A stretch of 64,000 nucleotides of DNA from Promethearchaeota archaeon (lineage in GTDB: Archaea; Asgardarchaeota; Thorarchaeia; Thorarchaeales; Thorarchaeaceae). The stretch covers positions 32,001 to 96,000 of the forward strand of contig WJMJ01000018.1 of assembly GCA_014728035.1 (NCBI GenBank), read 5' to 3'. Of this stretch, positions 58,201 to 64,000 are shown piece after piece. Positions within the stretch are counted from its first letter, which is position 1. Each line of letters starts with the position of its first letter. The position numbers and the translations under genes were made by a program. The notes below the pieces were generated by a model that worked only from the letters and a program-made list of their open reading frames with translations, searched no databases and was not told the DNA's origin.

Positions 58201-59027
58201 TTCTCATCCAAAGCTACTGCTGAAATCTGATACACCCCTAGTGGAGTGGTTGAATTGAATTTTAGTTGGAAAGTAGTCCAGTAATTTTCAGATCCTATTT
58301 GATACTCTGAGTTACCTGCATCCAACTCGACAAAGGAATCAACTGGTTCACCAAGTTGCATCCAGATAAATTCCTCAAGACTTCCTGGTTCAGGAGCGAG
58401 TTTTGCCTCTGTAAGTTGTGCAATCGGACTTGATGTCACTGAATCGGTACCCGCTGGAGATTTTGTTCCACCGCCACCATCATCTCCGCCAGAACCACCA
58501 TCTATTGTAGCATTCTGGGAGGAGTACATCACCCAAGTATCTGTTGGAATCTCATAGATACCAAAGAACATAATACCATTTTGACTAATTGGTCCTTCCT
58601 GCATCTGTTCAGATATATTCCAATACATTCCCATCAAAGCGATTGAATGTGGGACTTTTCCTTGGAGAGCATTCATTGGTAATTTCAGTTGGAACTTTGC
58701 CCAACCATCTATCTGTATCTCATCAGTAAGAGAGATAAGAGAATTCGAACTGGCATTTCTGACAGACCATGTAATCTTTGGTCCGAATTGCCAGTGACTA
58801 TGTGAAAAGGATTCCGTCCACTCTTCGCTTGTTGTACCTTGTTCCCAATCAACGTAAGTATAATTGGTTGGAATTGTTGCAGAAGGACTAGTTAATTTAG
58901 TATCTGCAATATTTCCTAAGGAAGTATCATGTACCATAGTATTAGTACCAAGAGGTACATTGGTAAGTGATACCAAGAATAGTACAATTGCGAACAGTGA
59001 CAGTACTCTACTGTTCGGTTTAATCAT
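52233..59027 (-). CDS. Giant secreted surface glycoprotein-like protein, paralog B
   Basis: Same architecture as paralog A but with three C-terminal Ig-like repeats (D..pP.I...v.D.sG...A.D..GN), TM and KKRK tail; ATG 59027 after GAGGTG. Confidence 0.85.
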   Translation of the reverse strand: MIKPNSRVLSLFAIVLFLVSLTNVPLGTNTMVHDTSLGNIADTKLTSPSATIPTNYTYVDWEQGTTSEEWTESFSHSHWQFGPKITWSVRNASSNSLISLTDEIQIDGWAKFQLKLPMNALQGKVPHSIALMGMYWNISEQMQEGPISQNGIMFFGIYEIPTDTWVMYSSQNATIDGGSGGDDGGGGTKSPAGTDSVTSSPIAQLTEAKLAPEPGSLEEFIWMQLGEPVDSFVELDAGNSEYQIGSENYWTTFQLKFNSTTPLGVYQISAVALDENINTLAESENDELSARAVGMTFEEVIQQGAGGYYYWDRYDDDGNPVYSATRGVDFNMTAKIKSENPGAVIVYIDLPQSVEDEEWVYGPYTETQEVTGGWEYNSTSETYYWNDTVSVTSTVYKHGFHWETRTKWIDPGREYRKVHYEWSGSDWVIQYEWMSFAWARQALIFNFSDGTWSSKYSYTIDNETLVVDPSDPSGYSPQWYQETFYEDWPTDIEAPKPYILNTTTSQNYTIDGFDYVTFRGHVSEEILPTGGDSQPLWVEDKVLSIDGKRLVPNVYLPTASSTDATAYQALHQLSVESPTAVVRLLHEGQPYDPSWMFAVDSLDNFTVKSRLQGGASYASDIDGVAFVLRAWDDKWGSSGTSDWNQWSEVEIFVKVTPEGDFQVKAYNFTERTSYENSTYWDWQYNEVAPGSGIYEWQLVEITDWHWEHKIWNFTANDWTNDWVPRQSNETVMPGTFLTPSNLNYTTIGNDLRVVFDLQVQPDMPEMEWDWEYFYGNLTLVTDYESDWGEHTVVGWVEDSVYSYYNSSDGQQYYVDTPSQDFVLRDNITHSLYETRKDSWIWLDGMKHYVKTLTQTDQSGYTWDTIIFEEWDDDAYDPSTGGYTGNSIYYYRLLNGTKIYIESGYQSRIFNTTFSDGTWFLSSRNASDSRHYADWKLSEQLYVYALNGTRIFADSSTWDTATVVNMNETTPVREGNLVIYANGTIPINVATEPFWQFDHYVLYVNQTWQELHVYEMYCPLTDNWEYYYYNGTELNWLFRGPWPYRMYYGSWNGYDINVPEQTIDFFAYTEVGGTEQQLPYPGAEVWSFWNLEYQTPADIRVNIEGQWVEAIKEDVQYYDNLYGYFYPGYIATVGATDYNLTRYGTNESSRWNPIEDEYPWVTTNRDGMFIPDIRHCGWSIAYGSTNPQTRDFEVAGYIDLVSGYINNQHDAQIFDTNTTANPQYDYVETINGNYLNYTWLKRGYFFNVTLDNGTIIYTPDPWIADKAVLNYDGDGNPYYEPEFWYIYDLNGTQHRWYEWREFTIEVLEPSDYNISTDIDQFLFDGYWYNYTNYTIQHWDIDIQNWVPQDDFWNLDVEEYLALVNSTDTLEIKPLEQGREFSLPKFNFSHNAQEYIINGSRDMIYKAYKVWGHSKKLDYVPLPISIVKEQWSFVTGSPDYGMWGVATWATNPNNGAIDLDGNLETSDDQFFVRNTWNSTDTYNVTQEYLKVNILWDPDNVSIYGDEVYMSSYTGMYTVNYTSNWWDNFTWYEADSGEVVNSSRFDFINTTIFNTEGHPNAGYWGVAWMAENFSSIALKQQAIEQGWDWVPESSQEWSWLWWEISEEYQTQFTNGTDTFFADVSIWYEYAGMFAWNDTDDSNIMELNTANLDDSEVTHYWMPVDVESVSFVRPGEAWSNSSDTGEAYRPVNETITFGVTFNNVSGVVFPFGDYSYWDWYQGQYYNTDLNSFDSRPSGASVDEIGISVHFTGTDTGESTNTAEVKYDMTVGNWDVDAPGGRSVLSGYSLGLAFYSDVSIILGEQPYNATYHDDFNSEIQNTGTSASSNFTAKLNGSVPVAAMNLGGSPYTWAKNASYNATVDSQTVPLSAFEATYMSDVGGTATTFSVSSNQFYTLINFKWWDGYTVTVDPVFVGYSSSGSTDVTPPSIDSITESSTAETLHLDIEVSDSGSGVAEVLVMDTSSGTNTSATYNSNTDQWEVDIDRTDDNQYTFNYVVVAIDNAGNEAASSPRSHNFPDNIAPQVTNVSAINGTDGEGKEIAIVSADVTDSGGSGLSEVILSYSDSEAVEHNVTMVLDSGSTYTGTIPNQEEGSYITYTVIAIDGAGNWVESADYDFHFQLIGPDTSGPSINNMAYSPEVPRPDDVVTVSATVRDDSGLGDVVLQYKIGDDDWVNVTMTASGDVYSGEIPGQADQTTVTYRIVAYDSLGNERISASDTYTVEEASSSTTITTTFTDGPPIDVGSTMMIVAGAAGVVVILMIVFLVKKRK

Positions 59028-59193
59028 AAACACCTCTTATTCTGAAGTATAAAGCTATCTCAGCGTGCAAAGGAGCAGTTCTGATATATCATACTCCTTT
59101 ATTTCAGAGATAGTTTTCTCTGTTAACAGTCTTACAATACATAATATAAGCCTACGTTGGTTGAAGGTATACGATTTTCGGACATATGATAAC

Positions 59194-59228
59194 AAAAAAG
59201 AGAAAAAGTACCGGAATTTTCCGGTACT
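59194..59228 (-). terminator. Hairpin terminator after the SpoIIM-domain gene
   Basis: AGTACCGGA-loop-TCCGGTACT inverted repeat followed by TTTTCTCTTTTTTG on the minus strand. Confidence 0.65.
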
Positions 59229-59236
59229 GGATATAA

Positions 59237-61912
59237 TTATCCAAAGATTAATCGCTCAACAAAGCCTCTTACCAGACCTGAAACCTCAGTTTCAACCAAA
59301 GCAGCAAGTCCTAAGAAGAATGCACCAAGAATATAGGTTCTCCATACTCTACCATCGGTCAACAGCACTCTAGTCTTTTCTGGGATAGAATCGAATTCCT
59401 CATTCATAATACTTGGCGATAAATCACGAGCTATTCGCAGAGAAGCTGCAGCAATGAATAAGAAAGCAGGTATTTCTATCACAAAGTGAGGAAGAATTCC
59501 AGCCCAGAAGAGAATTGGATTATCCTTTATCATTGCAAGGCCTCCAACAGTCAATGCTGTAGAGAGAACTTCTGAGATTGCCAGAGACATAAGGCTGAAT
59601 TTGATGTATAACAATAATGTATCCTGTTGCTGTACTTCAGGTCTATTTCCGTAAAATACTTTGTATAATATTGCAATAATCATGGGTAAGATGATCAAAG
59701 CAATCAGAGTGAATTGGTCATCATACACAAAGTATTCGAGTACGAACAAAATAAGCAATGGTGGGAACCACCATCCGCCATCCGTACCTCGTAGCTTGTT
59801 TATAATCCAAATTAGGAAATACCCTCCAAATAGAATACATAGGAGAATTCCCACAATCAATCCAATAAATGCCTCAGGACTCCATGGATGAACTAAGACA
59901 AAAACACCATTTAAGAGAATGAAGGATACAATCAAACCAGCTGCAACAGTAAATGCCACAAGAAACAACGAGTAGATTGCATTCGTTTTCTCATCAGATT
60001 CCTGTCTTCTCATTGCAATAAGCCATAATATGAGGGACCAAAAAATCGGCCCAATTAGTAGCATGAGTAAGGTTCGGATCAAGTTGTGTTCTAAAATAAT
60101 GGGAAATATTGAACCACCAGTTGCTTCAATAGTCCATTCACCAAACACAAATTCAAGACCATTAGGATCTCCAATCTCACCTAATACGGACATAACCAGA
60201 TACTCCAAAATTCCAGGTGGAACAACAAGAGATAGAGCTGCAATACCTATTACAGATATTATCAATCCACCAACAAACATCACAACGACATCACGAACAT
60301 CAGAGGAATGAACATTCACTAAAGGTGTGGTGTCTAGATTGTGTTTTTCTCGATATATATCACTAGATTTCAGGTAATGCATAACAAACATAGTACCGAA
60401 AATATAGAGTGGTACGTTAATCAGAAATTCTGACAGATACCGATATATCATGTCACCTTCAGTGGGGAATGCCATTGTTGGTCGTAGACTAAGAAACTCA
60501 ATATCAGGGGCGATAACATGACCTACAGAAATATTGAGAATATAATCTAATCCTGGAAGAATTAACCAAGTACCAATAGCGAGGAGTAATCCTCCAATAA
60601 TTGCAAAACCTTCCACCTCACCTCCAATTCTTTTGCGTACGAAGTGCCCAACAACTCCTAGGAAGAGAATCATACAGAATGGAATCAGGAGAATCAATAG
60701 AATCCATCTCACGGCATTTAGAAATCCAACAGACGTTGTGGGATTAGATAATGCATTTGCAACAGAAGATTCCACATTTTCCGGAAATATTCTCAGGGGC
60801 ATCATTGATTCAGCTGAATAATGTAAAGTAACTGCAAAGATTGCACCCACATAAGCTGCGATACCAATTCCTGAAACAATAACGGAATATCCATAATTAG
60901 ATAGGGTTGCTTTGATATCAATACTGGAAACTTTTGAACGTACCTGGGTTAGAGCTTCAAAAGTTCGCTTATAGAAGCGGATAGCGAAATCCTCAACTAA
61001 TGGAAATACTACGATAGCAAATAGGATTGGTGGAAAAGCAATAATGAAACCAATAGCATAGCTCGTAAGTACAAATTCCAGTGTTGTTGGAGTTCCAATA
61101 ACTTCTACAATCGAGAGTAAAATAGTACCAATTGAAAGGAGTAAGTTAAGCCTAAAGAACCATCCTAGAACACCCCTCATCATTTCGTCGCCAATTTTTC
61201 TGTTACCAAGAGTAAGACCTGCACCTTTTGCAAGTCGATTAGACGAAGGATATCCAAATCGATAAATCCAAGTCAAGAACACTATAATTCCATATGCGTA
61301 GAAAGAAGGTGGACTACTCATATACAGACCAATTGATGGTAATAAAGTAGCAAGTCCGATTATCAGATAATCCTTCCACGATTCACTATAAGCTTTAGAA
61401 ATCACTTCTGGATTGAGAGGTTCTTTGTCCGGAATATCGAATTCAACATTATGGATTCTATCTCTAAATCCTGAGAAGCCATCTGTTTCTGGTTCTCTAC
61501 CAATAACTCTCTTGATAACATTGGAGAATTTTCGCTTTATTGGATCTTGTAGAGCTAACTTGATTGCCAGTACAAGCATCCCGAAAAGCACAGCAAAGAA
61601 CGCAACCATTACCCATGTAAGAAAGTCTTGTAATGCACTCGCAAAGTGAAATATGAAATCAAGAAGAAGAGCATCACCAATTTCGTTACTTGCAAAGGGA
61701 GGGAGTTCAAATAACCCCGAACTCAAATCGGTGTATGTAATCAAAAAGAAAATATTCCATAGGAAGTAGAATACTGCCCGAATGTATAAAATTGCAAGAA
61801 AAGCTTCAACATATCTGTTACGCTTTGATCTAAATACAATCAAATAAATCAATGTCGAAATCAAAGCAGGGAGTAGCTGAAACAAGACTGTTACTAAGTT
61901 TATTTCTGCCAT
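59237..61912 (-). CDS. Large polytopic membrane protein with C-terminal SpoIIM (DUF95)-like domain
   Basis: About 20 hydrophobic segments; C-terminal ILPH...EIPA....A....AALVE motif; ATG 61912 after GAGGTG. Confidence 0.75.
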   Translation of the reverse strand: MAEINLVTVLFQLLPALISTLIYLIVFRSKRNRYVEAFLAILYIRAVFYFLWNIFFLITYTDLSSGLFELPPFASNEIGDALLLDFIFHFASALQDFLTWVMVAFFAVLFGMLVLAIKLALQDPIKRKFSNVIKRVIGREPETDGFSGFRDRIHNVEFDIPDKEPLNPEVISKAYSESWKDYLIIGLATLLPSIGLYMSSPPSFYAYGIIVFLTWIYRFGYPSSNRLAKGAGLTLGNRKIGDEMMRGVLGWFFRLNLLLSIGTILLSIVEVIGTPTTLEFVLTSYAIGFIIAFPPILFAIVVFPLVEDFAIRFYKRTFEALTQVRSKVSSIDIKATLSNYGYSVIVSGIGIAAYVGAIFAVTLHYSAESMMPLRIFPENVESSVANALSNPTTSVGFLNAVRWILLILLIPFCMILFLGVVGHFVRKRIGGEVEGFAIIGGLLLAIGTWLILPGLDYILNISVGHVIAPDIEFLSLRPTMAFPTEGDMIYRYLSEFLINVPLYIFGTMFVMHYLKSSDIYREKHNLDTTPLVNVHSSDVRDVVVMFVGGLIISVIGIAALSLVVPPGILEYLVMSVLGEIGDPNGLEFVFGEWTIEATGGSIFPIILEHNLIRTLLMLLIGPIFWSLILWLIAMRRQESDEKTNAIYSLFLVAFTVAAGLIVSFILLNGVFVLVHPWSPEAFIGLIVGILLCILFGGYFLIWIINKLRGTDGGWWFPPLLILFVLEYFVYDDQFTLIALIILPMIIAILYKVFYGNRPEVQQQDTLLLYIKFSLMSLAISEVLSTALTVGGLAMIKDNPILFWAGILPHFVIEIPAFLFIAAASLRIARDLSPSIMNEEFDSIPEKTRVLLTDGRVWRTYILGAFFLGLAALVETEVSGLVRGFVERLIFG

Positions 61913-62006
61913 AAACACACCTCAGTGTTATCTGAAAATAACTTCAGCTCTCGCGAATAGAAAAAGGTTCGGTGGACAGACTAATTTACTTGAAAGATAT
62001 TCTCTA

Positions 62007-62022
62007 CCGAAAGCTTCAAATA
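62007..62022 (+). promoter_or_regulatory. Putative BRE+TATA of the ferritin gene
   Basis: CCGAAAG-C-TTCAAATA upstream of the AGGAG RBS and ATG 62077. Confidence 0.35.
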
Positions 62023-62076
62023 GTAAACTATTGTTAAATAGAATCAGAGCAATCCAGAACAGGAGAAATAAAGCAA

Positions 62077-62604
62077 ATGGAAATTAGCAAAGAGTTAGCA
62101 GATATGATTAATGACCAACTTAATTTTGAGATATACAGTGGTTATATCTATCTAGCAATGGGTGCTTGGTTTGAAGACCAGAATCTAAGTGGATTCGCAC
62201 GTTGGATGGAAATACAGTTTGATGAGGAATATGCGCACGCAATAAGATTCTGGAGACATCTTTACGAAAGAGGTGCAAAAGTCGAATTGAAAGCGATTGA
62301 AGCACCTAAGACCGAATGGACCTCTCCTCTAGAAGCATTTCAAGATGCATATGAACATGAGAAATTAGTCACTGAGCGGATCTACAAAATTGGAGAACTC
62401 GCTGAGCAACAGAAAGATAGAGCAACTTTGTCATTTCTGAATTGGTTCTATGACGAACAAGTCGAAGAAGAAGACAAAACTATGACAATTCGTGATACAT
62501 TGAAAATGATTGGCGATAGTATTCCCGCTCTCCTACAACTAGACGCAAAACTTGGAGCAAGACCACCAGTGTCAGGAGTACCTCAAGAATCAACAGAACC
62601 ATAG
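62077..62604 (+). CDS. ftnA: Ferritin (non-heme, FtnA-type)
   Basis: N.Q.N.E.YS.Y.YL.M, E..HA, HE..VT..I and FL.WF..EQ.EEE ferroxidase motifs. Confidence 0.93.
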   Translation: MEISKELADMINDQLNFEIYSGYIYLAMGAWFEDQNLSGFARWMEIQFDEEYAHAIRFWRHLYERGAKVELKAIEAPKTEWTSPLEAFQDAYEHEKLVTERIYKIGELAEQQKDRATLSFLNWFYDEQVEEEDKTMTIRDTLKMIGDSIPALLQLDAKLGARPPVSGVPQESTEP

Positions 62605-62623
62605 AAGATTCACGAATAAACAG

Positions 62624-62654
62624 GCGGCTCTATGAGCCGCACATCATTTTTCTT
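62624..62654 (+). terminator. Hairpin terminator after ferritin
   Basis: GCGGCTC-tat-GAGCCGC followed by ACATCATTTTTCTT. Confidence 0.6.
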
Positions 62655-62706
62655 AAGATAGTATAACTTATTTTCTACCCTTCCATTCAATTTCATTGTG
62701 TAAGCC

Positions 62707-64000
62707 ATGTTACCAAAGAAAGTAATAGACTCTGTAAATGAAGTTGTATCAGGTGTAAAAGCCAAGGATAATGTTGCCCATATATCAGGATTTCATCGGA
62801 TACAAGTTACATCTCAAATTGACTTGGCAATTGACTGGGTTAAAGATGAAATTGATAGGTTAAGTGGAATTGAAACCAAAGTATTCGAATATGACTCAGA
62901 TGGTGTTTCTTCAATCGAAACGTGGGACTCTCTTTACTCGTGGAATCCTGAAAGCGGGATGTTACGACTAATTGAACCTGAGAGTAAGATTCTAGCAGAC
63001 TTTGGAGCTGAGAAAATTTCACTTGCTGCTCACTCAACAACAGCCGATTGTGAAGCTGAAGTGGTCTACGTTGGAAAAGGCACCAAGGACTCTGATTATG
63101 ATGAGAAAGATATCAAAGGGAAAATTGTTCTAGCTACAGGAAAGGCAAAATATGTACATCAAAAAGCATGCATTGAACGTAATGCAATTGGAGTGCTTAC
63201 CTATATACCACCTTCTGGAAAGAACGAAATAGCCTCGATTCGAAGATATGAAGGTCTTTGGCCTAATTCCGAAGAAGCTGAAAAAACCAAATTTGGATTT
63301 GCTTTGACTCAATCTGATGGTATTAAACTAAAATCATGGCTCGATAAAGGAAAGTCAGTAAAAGTAAAAGCAAGAATCAAGGCAGAATTAGGAACAGGAA
63401 AGCAAAGAATTCTTTCAGCACTGATTAAGGGAAAAGATGATTCAAAAGAAGTCTGGGCCTTCGCACATATTTGTCATCCCCATCCAGGTGCTAATGATAA
63501 TGCCTCGGGCGCAGGGTCATTACTTGAAGCAGTAAGAACAATTCAACACATGTTTAATGAAGGCACGATAGAGAAACCAGAATATTCGATCAGATTCCTT
63601 TGGGGTGCAGAGTGGCATTCAACAATTTATCTTATTGAGAATGAAAAGGATATTTTGAAAAAATGTGTTGCAATGATTAACATGGACATGGTGGGAACTA
63701 ATCCTGCGTTATCTGGTAGCATATTCAAAGTATATCGAACTCCATTCTCCTTACCTTCTTCATTGAACAATGTTGTAAGATACTGGTTGGAGCTGGAAGG
63801 TAAGAAGCTACCAAAAGCATCTGAAGGAGGAAGTATCACCCCACACACCTATGGATATTCACGATATAGTGCTGGAAGTGACCATTTTCTATTCACAGAT
63901 GCAACAATTGGTATACCTTCAGTAATGCTCAATCAGTATCCTGACAAATTCTATCATACCTCTACTGATACAATCGACAAGATTGATCCATCACAGATGG
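62707..64000 (+). CDS. M28-family/DUF4910 aminopeptidase-like protein with PA domain (3' end runs off the window)
   Basis: Translated by hand from ATG 62707: FHRIQ, PA domain (VYVGKG...DY...DIKGKIVL), AHICHPHPGANDNASG, AE, NMDMVG, GSDH and YHTS.D. Absent from the ORF track because no stop codon falls inside the window. Confidence 0.85.
   Translation, partial: MLPKKVIDSVNEVVSGVKAKDNVAHISGFHRIQVTSQIDLAIDWVKDEIDRLSGIETKVFEYDSDGVSSIETWDSLYSWNPESGMLRLIEPESKILADFGAEKISLAAHSTTADCEAEVVYVGKGTKDSDYDEKDIKGKIVLATGKAKYVHQKACIERNAIGVLTYIPPSGKNEIASIRRYEGLWPNSEEAEKTKFGFALTQSDGIKLKSWLDKGKSVKVKARIKAELGTGKQRILSALIKGKDDSKEVWAFAHICHPHPGANDNASGAGSLLEAVRTIQHMFNEGTIEKPEYSIRFLWGAEWHSTIYLIENEKDILKKCVAMINMDMVGTNPALSGSIFKVYRTPFSLPSSLNNVVRYWLELEGKKLPKASEGGSITPHTYGYSRYSAGSDHFLFTDATIGIPSVMLNQYPDKFYHTSTDTIDKIDPSQM

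Noticed and set aside
59065-59373. 102-aa + strand ORF between the giant gene and the SpoIIM-domain gene
   Set aside because: It spans a promoter region and a terminator hairpin and overlaps the convergent gene end; composition is not protein-like.
1-64000. rRNA, tRNA, transposases, integrases, prophage or defence systems
   Set aside because: No such motifs were recognised, and nearly all of the sequence is accounted for by protein-coding genes.

Overview
Gene-dense archaeal chromosomal window, most likely Asgard (Thorarchaeia-like). That assignment is inferred from a TPR protein with a longin-like tail, an ankyrin protein, giant C-terminally anchored surface proteins, BRE/TATA-like promoters and GGAGGTG ribosome-binding sites. 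The main feature is an unusual respiratory system at about 1.3-27.4 kb. (1) A minus-strand complex I-like operon runs nuoA-J-K-C-D-H-I-M'-L-M-N. It has no nuoB and no nuoEFG/fpoF input module, carries an extra NuoM-like pump subunit, and has a 26-aa duplication in the NuoL transverse helix ('2M' architecture). (2) The missing NuoB is encoded about 8 kb upstream as the C-terminal domain of a GlcD/D-lactate-dehydrogenase-like FAD oxidoreductase. (3) A 2x[4Fe-4S]+CCG protein (GlcF/HdrD-like) is transcribed divergently from this fusion. (4) Next to it are menA, a long-chain polyprenyl synthase and a geranylgeranyl-reductase-family gene. Together these suggest a complex I variant with a flavoprotein module fused to the N2-cluster subunit. 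The rest of the window holds mutS and mutL bracketing a non-oxidative pentose phosphate operon (rpe, split transketolase, transaldolase), two amidohydrolases, a QueG/RdhA-like protein, two tandem paralogous giant (about 2000 aa) surface proteins, a SpoIIM-domain polytopic membrane protein, ferritin and a partial M28/DUF4910 peptidase. No rRNA, tRNA, CRISPR array or transposase was recognised. All calls come from motif recognition by eye; no database searches were run.
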